The position numbers and the translations under genes were made by a program. A stretch of 64,000 nucleotides of DNA from an uncultured Verrucomicrobiota bacterium (GTDB taxonomy: Bacteria > Verrucomicrobiota > Verrucomicrobiia > Limisphaerales > UBA8199), in assembly GCA_964401575.1 (NCBI GenBank), contig CAYNZC010000005.1:11137-75136 (forward strand). The letters run 5' to 3'. The notes under the pieces were generated by a model, which did not search any database, had not been told where the DNA came from, and was given only the letters and a program-made list of their open reading frames with translations. The stretch's first letter is position 1. Each line of letters begins with the position of its first letter. Positions 9,599 to 18,674 of this stretch are shown here, in pieces.

Positions 9599-10426
9599 TC
9601 ACTGTGGATGGTGCAGTGGGGACAACACATTTGTGCCCCAGAAAGTCAGAATGACGAAAGCGAAACTGCCAATCGCGCCCAGAGCGAAACGCCGTCCTCC
9701 GTGGGCGTATTTCCAACGCATCAGGATGAGCGAGCCGTACATGATCCAAACCATACATGACCAGATGATTTTGGGATCGAAGTGATAGTTGGGGGGATCC
9801 TTTAGCTGAGCCAGCCCATAGGCGCCCAGAACGAGGCCGGCAGTGAGCAACGCGAATCCCGATACAAGCGCCCGGCCGATAATCATTTCCAATCGTTGGA
9901 CAGGAGGCAGGAGCGAGAGAAACGCCTGTAGCTTGTTGAATTTAAGGTTCCGTTCCTGGGTGATGAACATCAGGGCGGCCACACAGGCGAGACCGAAAGC
10001 TCCGTAGGATAAGGACGTAACCGCTGCATGCAGGCTGGTCCATACAGCGGGTGCACCTCGGGCCGCCGGGCCGCTGTCCAGCCCGGGCATCAGGGCGAAG
10101 ACTCCGAGTGCGAACAGAAACGGGGAGGCAAATGCGCCCAGAAACCGCACCCGTCGGAAGGCGCCGATGACGATGTAGCCCGTAACGATGGTCCACAACG
10201 CAAAGCTCGTCGCCTCATAGAGATTGGATACGGGACAATGGTTCAGAGAAAGACCTCTCTTGAACATGGCAATCGTGTGGAAAAGGAATCCCGAGAGCAG
10301 CACCAGGTAGATTACCCTGTTATCGCGACGGAAACCCTTTCGCCACAGGAACACGGCATAGGCAGCGCCTACGCCGTACATCAATACCGCAACCGAAAAG
10401 AAATGCTTGTCAGTGGGCCAATCCAC
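9599..10426 (-). CDS. Cytochrome c assembly family (CcsA/HemX-like) polytopic membrane protein
   Basis: About 8 predicted TM helices with a C-terminal WGTNVLSPLHH region. It lies directly upstream of hemA, as hemX does in Bacillus-type hem operons. Confidence 0.75.
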   Translation of the reverse strand: MDWPTDKHFFSVAVLMYGVGAAYAVFLWRKGFRRDNRVIYLVLLSGFLFHTIAMFKRGLSLNHCPVSNLYEATSFALWTIVTGYIVIGAFRRVRFLGAFASPFLFALGVFALMPGLDSGPAARGAPAVWTSLHAAVTSLSYGAFGLACVAALMFITQERNLKFNKLQAFLSLLPPVQRLEMIIGRALVSGFALLTAGLVLGAYGLAQLKDPPNYHFDPKIIWSCMVWIMYGSLILMRWKYAHGGRRFALGAIGSFAFVILTFWGTNVLSPLHHPQ

Positions 10427-10498
10427 AGGTTGTAAAATAGCCCAGTACCCCGGGTCCGTGCAACGAAAGAGAGGGATTCAGGGCGCGGTTCTGAAAGG

Positions 10499-10530
10499 AA
10501 AAAGCCCCGGGCGGATTATCCGCCGGGGCT
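10499..10530 (-). terminator. Rho-independent terminator after the OMP gene
   Basis: On the minus strand the sequence reads AGCCCCGGCGGATAATCCGCCCGGGGC followed by TTTTT. This is a GC-rich 11-12 bp stem. Confidence 0.6.
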
Positions 10531-10565
10531 GAATTCTTTCGGGTCTGTGCCCGACTTGACAGATC

Positions 10566-11159
10566 CTAGAAGTTGAATTTGATCACCGCCAGGATTGCGT
10601 GTGTGTAAACATCGTCGAGTTCGGCGTCTTCAAACTCGGGTTCCATGTTCGCGAGGAACTTGTAACCAATACCGATCTCGGTCCGATCATTGATCGCGTA
10701 GTTCACACCGGCCATCAACTGCCAGGCAAAGGTGAAATCTTCGTCATCCACCTCTACCTCGTCCGAATCTGCCTCGACCATGCTGAACACAGCACCCGCG
10801 CCCGCGCCAATGTATGGTTTGAACTTTGACTGCAGCGGAAGCTCATAAACGACACTGGCGATGAGCGGGATCTGGTAGAAGTCGAGATCGACATCCTTTC
10901 CCTCGTTGTAAGCAAGGCCTGCTTCAAGTTCCAAAGCAAAGCCTTTGGCGAAGTTGTAGCCTCCGGCCACATCCAGTCTTACCCCGGGATCCATATCAAC
11001 ATCCTCAGAGTCGGGACCAGCGTCCTTGGGCTCGAGTTTGTCAATAATGGATAAGCCGGCGTCCAGCTTGAGGTAAGTTGTCCCAGCATCGGCAGCCTGC
11101 AAAGCAAGTGCCGTCGTCATCACAGCGCAAATGCATAGCCCTTTGATGGTTCTTTTCAT
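10566..11159 (-). CDS. Outer-membrane beta-barrel protein (OMP_b-brl/porin-like)
   Basis: Internal ATG 11159 gives signal peptide MKRTIKGLCICAVMTTALALQAADA. The body has an alternating amphipathic beta-strand pattern and ends in a terminal aromatic ...AVIKFNF. Confidence 0.75.
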   Translation of the reverse strand: MKRTIKGLCICAVMTTALALQAADAGTTYLKLDAGLSIIDKLEPKDAGPDSEDVDMDPGVRLDVAGGYNFAKGFALELEAGLAYNEGKDVDLDFYQIPLIASVVYELPLQSKFKPYIGAGAGAVFSMVEADSDEVEVDDEDFTFAWQLMAGVNYAINDRTEIGIGYKFLANMEPEFEDAELDDVYTHAILAVIKFNF

Positions 11160-11455
11160 AGATGTACTTGTTGTTCTTTTCCTGAATCTGAGGCTGCCGT
11201 GAATACTCATCACAGCTCGGTCACAATTCCCCTGCAAACAGGTTGCCTGACCTACCTTTGGGAGCCTCATAGGGCTTATTTGCTACAGCCGCTACCTCAA
11301 GTAAAGGAGAATTTTTGGAAATTTAAAGGCGGCAAGAGAGAGACTTTCCCGGGTTGGTAGCCTACGATCAAATTCTATTCTCCATCACGGGAGTCGCCGG
11401 GCTCCCGCCAGAACCCCCAATGCGGGGAATTCGCGGTTGGGGACGGTCATTTTCA

Positions 11456-11483
11456 TTGCCCGGACGCGGGGTGGCGGTATTAT
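11456..11483 (+). promoter_or_regulatory. Candidate sigma70-like promoter of the radical SAM/KS operon
   Basis: TTGCCC (11456-11461), 16-nt spacer, TATTAT (11478-11483). This would leave a very short leader before ATG 11499. Pattern match only. Confidence 0.25.
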
Positions 11484-11498
11484 TCTGATGACAAACAA

Positions 11499-12905
11499 AT
11501 GGCCAGCCGCGTCCTGCTGATCAGCACGAATACCTATGTGACGCCGGACCCGGTTTTTCCGCTGGGACTGGCACACCTGGCGTCGGCGTTGCGCAAGGCC
11601 GGCCACGAGGTTTTTTGGCAGGACAACCTTGCTCGCCCGCGGCCGATTGAGGAAGCCATGCGAGAGGCGCAGCCCGATTGTGTCGGAATCTCGGTTCGAA
11701 ACATTGATGACGTGCTCATCCGGACGCGGGAAACCTTTTTTAGCACCCTGCCGGATTTGTGCGGGAGGATTCGAAGCCTTAAGAATTGTCCGATCGTTCT
11801 TGGGGGCAGCGGCTACAGCATATTCCCGTCGGAGCTGTTGCAGCTTTCCGGGGCGGACTACGGGGTATGTGGGCCGGGGGAACTGGCATTGATTGAGCTC
11901 ATCCAGTGTTTTGAGGATGGGACCGATCCGTCCGGTGTTCCCGGGCTAGTGCGCAGGGCTGGCGGCGGGGTGGTTTGCAATGCTCCTTCTGCGGAGGGTT
12001 ATGAGGCCTCACTGGAGGGGGGGCTGGATGGGGTCACAGACTTCTATATTCGAAACGGCGGCATGCTGAATGTGCAAACTCAGCGTGGCTGCAAGCATCG
12101 TTGCTGCTACTGCACCTATCCGCTGATCGAAGGCCGACATCATCAGTGCCGGTCTGGCGAGGCGGTGGCGGAGGATTTTGCGCGCGCCATTCGCGCCGGG
12201 GCGCGGTATGTTTGTGTAACAGATTCCATATTCAATTCTTCGCTGGCGCACGTGCATCAGGTCTGCGAGGCGCTTTTAAGAAAAGACATCAAAGTGCCTT
12301 GGGGGTGTTTCCTGCGTCCGGAAGGGCTGACGGCATCTGCGATGGACCTGATGGGGCGTGCAGGGCTGAACCATATCGAGTTCGGCTCCGACAGTTTCTC
12401 GGATCCGGTGTTGAAATGCTCGGGCAAGGGATTCGCGTTGGAGGATGTTGTGAGGTCGAGCGAGTTGGCTCGCGCCAGGCAGATTGATTATTGCCACTTT
12501 CTGATCTGCGGGGGGCCGGGCGAGACGGACGCGACCATCGAGGAAAGCTTCAGGAATTCGACATTGATGGATGGCGCAATCATTATGGCGGTTGTTGGCA
12601 TGCGGATTTACCCCGGCACGCCACTTTACCGCAGGGCCATGGAAGAAGGGAGGATAGCGCCCGATCACAACCTGTTGGAACCCTGTTACTATGTCGCTCC
12701 CGGGCTCGATGCGGACCAGGTATTCGCGAAGATTAAGAGGCATGCGGCCACGGCATCGAATTGGGTGGCGGGAGAGGTAACGCCGCAGTATCAGAGATTC
12801 GTTGAGCGTTTGCGCAGTCGTGGCGTGCCGGGACCGCTGTGGGGCTATCTATCAATGATCCAACGACTTATGCCCGAGAAACTGCGCCCGACCCAGCAGG
12901 GCTGA
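11499..12905 (+). CDS. B12-binding-domain radical SAM enzyme 1 (class B rSAM)
   Basis: The N-terminal Rossmann-like cobalamin-binding region is RVLLISTN...PLGLAHLASALRKAGHEV...IVLGG. The CxxxCxxC cluster motif CKHRCCYC lies at codons 198-205 (nt 12090-12113). Confidence 0.85.
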   Translation: MASRVLLISTNTYVTPDPVFPLGLAHLASALRKAGHEVFWQDNLARPRPIEEAMREAQPDCVGISVRNIDDVLIRTRETFFSTLPDLCGRIRSLKNCPIVLGGSGYSIFPSELLQLSGADYGVCGPGELALIELIQCFEDGTDPSGVPGLVRRAGGGVVCNAPSAEGYEASLEGGLDGVTDFYIRNGGMLNVQTQRGCKHRCCYCTYPLIEGRHHQCRSGEAVAEDFARAIRAGARYVCVTDSIFNSSLAHVHQVCEALLRKDIKVPWGCFLRPEGLTASAMDLMGRAGLNHIEFGSDSFSDPVLKCSGKGFALEDVVRSSELARARQIDYCHFLICGGPGETDATIEESFRNSTLMDGAIIMAVVGMRIYPGTPLYRRAMEEGRIAPDHNLLEPCYYVAPGLDADQVFAKIKRHAATASNWVAGEVTPQYQRFVERLRSRGVPGPLWGYLSMIQRLMPEKLRPTQQG

Positions 12906-12991
12906 TCGAACAACTTGAGACCATCAATGAGTTGGAATGAAACAGACAGCGGGAGCGAAGATCAAGAGAACCTCACGGTTTTTCCGGGCTC

Positions 12992-14353
12992 GTGCCGTCT
13001 CTGTCTGATGGGAGGGAGAGGCTCGTGAAACGGTTGCTACTGATCGCACCCCTGTCCGAGAAGAGCTTAATGGGTGGCGGTTTCTTTTTCAGGATGCCTT
13101 GCCTGGGGCTGCTTAAAGTGGCGGCACTTACCCCGCCCGGCTGGGACATCAAAATTGTTGACGAGAAGATCGAGGCGTTGGATTTGGAGGAGTCGGCGGA
13201 CCTGGTGGGAATCACCGCGATGACCACGACCGTGCAACGCGGTTACGAGATTGCGGCGAGCTACCGCTCTCGTGGCATCAAGGTTGTCATGGGCGGGATG
13301 CATGTGTCGGCGCTTCCGGAAGAGGCTGCTGCTCATTGCGATGCGGTCGTTGTTGGAGAAGCCGAGGGGCTCTGGCCCCAGGCGATTAGAGATTTTGAAG
13401 CCGGACAGTTGCAACCGATGTACTCGCGCAATGATAGTTTCAGCGACCTGCGCAACCTGCCACCTGTGAACTGGGAGCTTTTTCGGGGTAAAAAGTACCT
13501 GCCAGTCCATTTTGTCGAGACGACCCGAGGCTGCCCGATTGATTGCGAGTTTTGCGCTGTGAGCACGGCTTTTGGCGGGCGATACCGAAACAGACCTTGC
13601 GCGGAAGTCCTTGCCGAGCTTCGGAGTCTGGAGCCGTTTGAAGGCCGTTTTGTGCTGAAGAACTGCGTGTTTTTTGTGGACGACAATATCGTCAGCAACC
13701 GCGCATTCGCGCGCGAGTTGTTTTCCCGTATTTCGGATTTGAAACTCCACTGGTTTGGCCAGGCCTCGATGAATATTGCCAGGGATCCAGAGATCCTGAA
13801 GTTGTGCAAGCAAAGCGGGTGTGTTGGCCTGTTTATCGGATTTGAATCCCTCTCCGCAGGCACCCTGGAATCGGTTGGCAAACGTGTGAACCGTCCGGAG
13901 GATTACATGGATGTGGTGAGCAGGATTCATGACCACGGCATCGGGATTGACGGTTCGTTTGTATTTGGTTTCGATGGAGATGAACCCGGGGTTTTTGACC
14001 GCACGGCAGAGTTTGTGATGAAGGCCAAGCTGGATGTGGCTTACTTTTCGATCCTCACCCCTTATCCGGGAACCCGGCTTTACAAGCGTTTGGTGGCACA
14101 AGACCGAATCCTGACCCGTGACTGGTCCACCTATGATGCGAACCATGTAGTTTTTCAGCCAAAGAACTTCACACCCGAGGAGCTGATTGCAGGCTATCAC
14201 CGCGCCCTGCAAAGCATATACACGGTGCCTGCGATCTTCCAGCGTCTTTGGGGAAATGGCTCCTGGAAGAACTTTTTTTATCCGATGAATTTCGGTTTTC
14301 GCCAGAGCGTCCGGAAGCTGGTGGCGGCAAACGGAGCAGCTGTGCCACACTGA
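12992..14353 (+). CDS. B12-binding-domain radical SAM enzyme 2 (class B rSAM, BchE/HpnP-like architecture)
   Basis: KRLLLIAPL...LGLLKVAALTP...GIKVVMGGMH is followed by TTRGCPIDCEFCAV (CxxxCxxC). The C-terminal region is of the kind seen in B12-rSAM proteins. The start could alternatively be GTG at 13026. Confidence 0.85.
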   Translation: MPSLSDGRERLVKRLLLIAPLSEKSLMGGGFFFRMPCLGLLKVAALTPPGWDIKIVDEKIEALDLEESADLVGITAMTTTVQRGYEIAASYRSRGIKVVMGGMHVSALPEEAAAHCDAVVVGEAEGLWPQAIRDFEAGQLQPMYSRNDSFSDLRNLPPVNWELFRGKKYLPVHFVETTRGCPIDCEFCAVSTAFGGRYRNRPCAEVLAELRSLEPFEGRFVLKNCVFFVDDNIVSNRAFARELFSRISDLKLHWFGQASMNIARDPEILKLCKQSGCVGLFIGFESLSAGTLESVGKRVNRPEDYMDVVSRIHDHGIGIDGSFVFGFDGDEPGVFDRTAEFVMKAKLDVAYFSILTPYPGTRLYKRLVAQDRILTRDWSTYDANHVVFQPKNFTPEELIAGYHRALQSIYTVPAIFQRLWGNGSWKNFFYPMNFGFRQSVRKLVAANGAAVPH

Positions 14354-15594
14354 TGCTTTACCCAAGACTAAAAACCAATTCGCGAGAGCGCCGGGTGGTC
14401 GTGACCGGAGCAGGGATTATCACGGCGCATGGCGCGGGATGGGAACCAAACCTGGAGGCATTCCAGCAGGGCAGGAAGGCTTTCCGTTCCGTAACGCGTT
14501 TTGACGTATCGAGGCAGCGGGCGAGAGTGGCGGCCGAAGCGGAATTGCCGGTGCGGCTGCCGAGTTCGCCTCTGTCATCGCGCCATTTGGAACGGTTGGA
14601 TCATTCCGGGAAGCTGCTTCTTGTTGCCGCCGCCGAGGCATGGGCCGGCTGCGGGTGGGAGTCCATGGAGGATCTGCCCTTTGTGTTCGGCACCACTGCG
14701 GCAGGAATGGGTCTGGGGGAGGACTATTATCGTCAGGCGGTTTTCGAGCCTCACGCGCACCGGAAGCAGGCGTCGCGGGTCCTGCATTATCAATCCCAAA
14801 CCCAGCTAAGGACGCTGCAACGTTTCCTCGGCGTCTCAGGTCCGATTACGATTCTCTCAAATGCATGCGCTACAGGCACAAATGCGATTGGTGTTGGATG
14901 GGAGATGATCCGGTGCGGCCAGGCTGAGCGGGTTTTAACAGGAGGCTACGAAGCGCTTTGTCAGACGTTGTTTGCGGGATTCGACTCCCTGCAGGCACTT
15001 TCGGTGACGACGTGTCGTCCGTTCGACAAGAATCGCGACGGTTTGGCGCTTGGCGAGGGTGCGGCTGTGCTGGCGCTTGAAAGTCTCGATGCGGCCCGGA
15101 GCAGGGGCGCCGAAATCATCGGGGAGATTTGCGGATACGGAACAGTCATCGATCTTCATCATTTGACTCAACCGCATCCGGAAGGTGACGCAGCGCTTAA
15201 ATCAATGGTTTTGGCATCTGAGCTGGCAGGGATCACTCCGGATCAGGCTGGCTACATCAATGCCCACGGCACTGGAACACCGTTGAACGATGCGTCCGAG
15301 GCGCTCGCGATACGACGATGGGCCGGCGAGCATGTGAAAGCCATCCCGGTTAGTTCAACCAAGGCCGGCGTGGGTCATTTGCTGGGTGCTGCCGGTGCGG
15401 TGGAAGCTGTGGTTTGCCTCATGGCACTACGGAACCAGTTCCTCCCGTCGCAGGGGACGGTTGAAACTCCTGATCCTGCATGCGTGTTTCCGATCGTGAC
15501 GGAAGCCCGATCCGCGCGGATTGAGTATGCGCTCTCCAATTCGTTCGGGTTTGGAGGTGTGAATGGCACGCTGGTCTTTAGGAGGTGGGCATGA
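14353..15594 (+). CDS. Beta-ketoacyl-ACP synthase (FabF/KAS II-like), catalytically intact
   Basis: ATG 14353 shares one base with the upstream TGA (TGATG). The N-terminus RRVVVTGAGIITAHG is family-typical. The catalytic triad is intact: SNACATG (Cys172), NAHGTGT, GHLLGAAG. Confidence 0.9.
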   Translation: MLYPRLKTNSRERRVVVTGAGIITAHGAGWEPNLEAFQQGRKAFRSVTRFDVSRQRARVAAEAELPVRLPSSPLSSRHLERLDHSGKLLLVAAAEAWAGCGWESMEDLPFVFGTTAAGMGLGEDYYRQAVFEPHAHRKQASRVLHYQSQTQLRTLQRFLGVSGPITILSNACATGTNAIGVGWEMIRCGQAERVLTGGYEALCQTLFAGFDSLQALSVTTCRPFDKNRDGLALGEGAAVLALESLDAARSRGAEIIGEICGYGTVIDLHHLTQPHPEGDAALKSMVLASELAGITPDQAGYINAHGTGTPLNDASEALAIRRWAGEHVKAIPVSSTKAGVGHLLGAAGAVEAVVCLMALRNQFLPSQGTVETPDPACVFPIVTEARSARIEYALSNSFGFGGVNGTLVFRRWA

Positions 15595-16622
15595 GCGTGT
15601 TTGTTGCCGGGATCGGGGCGGTAACGCCGGCCGGTTGGAGTGTGGCGGAGGCTGCGGCAGCGGTGAGGGACGGTTTGCGTATCGAGCCGCAGGTATTTGA
15701 TCAATCCGGCTGGGAGGGACCATTGAGGCTTAAAGTTGTTCCACCTCCCAGAACTCGGTACCCATTCCTGGCACATGCGCGTCTGCGGCGCGCCAGTCCG
15801 TTGTCGCATTACGCCGCGGGGGCATGCTTGGAGGCTCTTGGAGGCGCAGGGAAGGGCATCGACTGCACCCGGTTGGGATTGGTTTCGTGCCTGCAATCCG
15901 GCCCGGTTCAATATGCCTGCCGGTTTTACGAGGAATTGCTGCGGGATCCAGCGACGGCGAGCCCGGTGTTGTTCCCCGAGACGGTGTTTTCAGCGCCGGC
16001 CAGCCATGTGGCGGCGTTGCTTGGCGGCGTTCCGTGTGCTACGACAATGCTGGGAGACCCGGGGGCTTTTCTGCACGGTGTTGCGATGGCGGCGGGGTGG
16101 ATCGAGGACGGGAGAGTGGATTACTGCCTGGTTTTCGGCGCGGAGGAATTCAATCGCATTCATGCGAACGCGTTCTGGCATCTGGATAGCGCATCGACTT
16201 TGGGAGCCGGGGCAGGAGCGGTCCTGTTGACGAGGCATGCCGAGTTGCCTGCCGCAGTGGAGCTCGAATTCGTTACAGACGCGCACACTTATTCCGGCGG
16301 CAGGGATGCGGCTGAAGCGGCGAAAGGGATGAGGGCGCAGTTCGGTGCGCAAGGCGTGCGCGAATTGCTATGCGACAGCCTTGGGGGCGCCCTTAGGCTG
16401 CATCGCGCGGAAGCGGATGCCTGGAAGGACTGGGCCGGCGCGCGCCTGAGTCCCAAGGGAGTGCTTGGGGAGGGGCTGATGGCAGGATCCGCATGGCAGA
16501 CAGTGCTTGCGATAGACCGTGTGCTGCAGGGAGAGTTCGATGCTGCAAACGTGAGTGTCGTGGGTGTGAACCAGCAGGCTATTGGCGCGCGTTTTTGCGT
16601 TCGAGGAAGGAACTTAACATAA
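15591..16622 (+). CDS. KS-like protein lacking the catalytic triad (chain-length-factor-like partner)
   Basis: ATGA overlap with the KS stop (15591-15594). It has a thiolase-fold pattern ([13 protein letters not shown]...), but the nucleophile motif reads [10 protein letters not shown] with no Cys. Neither His motif is recognisable. Confidence 0.75.
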   Translation: MSVFVAGIGAVTPAGWSVAEAAAAVRDGLRIEPQVFDQSGWEGPLRLKVVPPPRTRYPFLAHARLRRASPLSHYAAGACLEALGGAGKGIDCTRLGLVSCLQSGPVQYACRFYEELLRDPATASPVLFPETVFSAPASHVAALLGGVPCATTMLGDPGAFLHGVAMAAGWIEDGRVDYCLVFGAEEFNRIHANAFWHLDSASTLGAGAGAVLLTRHAELPAAVELEFVTDAHTYSGGRDAAEAAKGMRAQFGAQGVRELLCDSLGGALRLHRAEADAWKDWAGARLSPKGVLGEGLMAGSAWQTVLAIDRVLQGEFDAANVSVVGVNQQAIGARFCVRGRNLT

Positions 16623-16623
16623 C

Positions 16624-17400
16624 ATGTTCAGACCCTGCATTGACTTGCATGACGGGAAGGTGAAGCAGATCGTCGGCGGCACCCTGCAGGATGACGCATC
16701 CGGGCTTCGGACAAATTACGTTTCCGACCGGCCGGCTGCATGGTACGCGGATTTGTATAAGCGGGATGGGCTCAAGGGTGGACACATCATCATGCTCGGG
16801 CCGGGGAACGAAGCGGAGGCCAAATCTGCGCTTGCGGCCTATCCGGGAGGCCTGCAGGTGGGAGGGGGCATTAATGGCGAAAATGCTGCGGCTTGGCTGG
16901 AAGCGGGGGCGTCTCATGTGGTTGTGACCTCGTGGGTCTTTCGCGATGGCAGGATTGACTGGGGGCGGATCAAACAGCTTTCGGAGAAAATCGGGAAAAA
17001 CCGCCTGGTGCTGGACCTGAGCTGCCGGACGCGCGGCGGTGAATATGTGATTGTCACCGATCGTTGGCAGAAGTTCACCGACGTTGCGTTAACGCCACAA
17101 ACTCTGGTTAAACTTGCGGCGTTTTGTGGAGAATTCCTCGTTCATGCGGTGGATGTGGAGGGGCTTTGCAGGGGGATTGACGCTTCTCTGGTCACCTGCC
17201 TTGCCGACGGGTCTCCCATCCCGACGACCTATGCAGGGGGGGCGAAATCCTTGCAGGATCTCGTGCTGTGCACCGAACTGGGCAGGGGGCGAATTGATCT
17301 GACGATAGGGTCTGCGCTGGACATATTCGGCGGCAATGGGGTGCGTTACGCCGATGTGGTGGCGTTTAACAAGAAGTTGGCAGAACGGGCCGGGCAATAG
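16624..17400 (+). CDS. hisA: ProFAR isomerase HisA, eukaryote (yeast His6)-type
   Basis: [21 protein letters not shown]...LQVGGGIN...VVTSWVF...LVLDLSCR...[15 protein letters not shown]...YAGGAKS...[13 protein letters not shown] is collinear with my recollection of yeast His6. It starts 1 nt after the KS-like stop. Confidence 0.85.
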   Translation: MFRPCIDLHDGKVKQIVGGTLQDDASGLRTNYVSDRPAAWYADLYKRDGLKGGHIIMLGPGNEAEAKSALAAYPGGLQVGGGINGENAAAWLEAGASHVVVTSWVFRDGRIDWGRIKQLSEKIGKNRLVLDLSCRTRGGEYVIVTDRWQKFTDVALTPQTLVKLAAFCGEFLVHAVDVEGLCRGIDASLVTCLADGSPIPTTYAGGAKSLQDLVLCTELGRGRIDLTIGSALDIFGGNGVRYADVVAFNKKLAERAGQ

Positions 17401-17412
17401 GCCCGTTCTTTC
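17383..17412 (+). terminator. Hairpin terminator at the end of hisA
   Basis: GAACGGGC (17383-17390) pairs perfectly with GCCCGTTC (17401-17408) and is followed by TTTC. It spans the hisA stop and lies between convergent genes. Confidence 0.5.
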
Positions 17413-17423
17413 GGGCGGAGGAG

Positions 17424-18632
17424 CTATTCTTGAACCACCTTGCCCTCGACGATCCAAATGCCGCGGATATCGTTCACTGTTGCTGTCAAAACAGCGATGA
17501 CCGTGTACGGGTCTTTCACAAACAACGAATTCCATGCCTGGTTGCGTTTTGGACCGAGAGGAAGCGGATACGACTTGTTAGAGAAATTCCTGGCCTCGGA
17601 GTCTCCGACACACACAGCCATGCGGCACCGGTCCAGGGTGCCATCAGGACTTTCCTGGAAAGAAAGAAGAGTAGCGCCTGAAGGAAGCTGCCGCAGGCAA
17701 GGGGCACCCGCGTACCAGTCCGCAGGAAGAGGTTTGGCCAGTGCGAGCCAGCGGTTTGTGCTTTTTTCTGTGACTGGGCCGCTCCGCCAGTTGTCGGTGA
17801 GACTGGTGCGACAGATGGAAGGCTTGAAGCGCCCTCCTTCCTGATTGTCCTCGATGGCGATCACGATTCCTTTTCCCTCTGCCAGCAGCAGTGGCGAGGG
17901 CATGCCGTCACGATGGTTCTTGCGAAATGCGACACGCTCCGCGTGAGACCAGGTGCGCCCTCTGTCCGGAGAGCGAACCAGTGCGATTTCCTGTTCAGCC
18001 GTGGCTCTGAACGGAGATTCATTGGCGAAGTAAACGTGCAGTTCCCCCGAGGGGAGTTCCAGGCCGGCAGGTTCCCAGCAGCCATCTTCAAAAGTGTTTC
18101 CGGCTGTGTGCAGCGTTCCGGGCGCAGACCATGTTTTCCCGTGATCGCTGCTTCTCGCCATGCGGATACGGAATGGTTGGGTAAGGACGCCGGGGCTCGC
18201 GTGACGGCCCTGGTGGCGCACTGCTTTCAATGGTCGCTCATTCCAAAAGTACAAGAGTGTGCCATCACGCAGCAACAGCAACTCGGCATTTGTCAGCCAG
18301 CACCCGTCTTCCTCTGCCACGAGAACCGGATCGAGCCATGAGTGGCCGCCGTCCGTGCTGTGGCGAATCCAGACCTTCCCTCTTACATCATACACGCAGC
18401 CGAGAGACCCATTGGCCAGGCGCGCAATCCGGCCGTAATCGGCGCCTGCTTGCACCAACCGCGCCTCAGACCCATTCCACTCCAGCCGGGGGAGGGGTGC
18501 TGGACCGGCAAAGGAGGGCTGACCAAAAGGGATTGCGACTCCCTGCGAGAGAAGGAGAAGCTGCAGGAATGAGGAACCCAAAGCCTTGAGCCACGCTCGA
18601 CCAGATAAAATTGTTGCCTGCACTTGTGTCAT
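17424..18632 (-). CDS. BNR/Asp-box repeat glycoside hydrolase-like protein (sialidase/GH33-like fold), secreted
   Basis: Three Asp-boxes are present: STDGGHSW, SSDHGKTW, SPDRGRTW. There is an N-terminal signal-like segment. A canonical FRIP motif is not evident (RIARL instead), so substrate specificity is uncertain. Confidence 0.75.
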   Translation of the reverse strand: MTQVQATILSGRAWLKALGSSFLQLLLLSQGVAIPFGQPSFAGPAPLPRLEWNGSEARLVQAGADYGRIARLANGSLGCVYDVRGKVWIRHSTDGGHSWLDPVLVAEEDGCWLTNAELLLLRDGTLLYFWNERPLKAVRHQGRHASPGVLTQPFRIRMARSSDHGKTWSAPGTLHTAGNTFEDGCWEPAGLELPSGELHVYFANESPFRATAEQEIALVRSPDRGRTWSHAERVAFRKNHRDGMPSPLLLAEGKGIVIAIEDNQEGGRFKPSICRTSLTDNWRSGPVTEKSTNRWLALAKPLPADWYAGAPCLRQLPSGATLLSFQESPDGTLDRCRMAVCVGDSEARNFSNKSYPLPLGPKRNQAWNSLFVKDPYTVIAVLTATVNDIRGIWIVEGKVVQE

Positions 18633-18674
18633 CCTTCTTGCAAACCCGACTGCTCCTTCGCATGATCTCGGACT

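Noticed and set aside
11271-11498. Possible cobalamin riboswitch ahead of the B12-dependent rSAM operon
   Set aside because: Only a vague resemblance (agtcgccggg) to a B12 box was seen. The GCCACTG element and the multi-stem architecture are absent.
13067-14365. 432-aa minus-strand ORF antisense to radical SAM gene 2
   Set aside because: It is a shadow ORF. The + frame carries clear B12/rSAM motifs, whereas the antisense product is Arg/His/Lys-rich with no motif.
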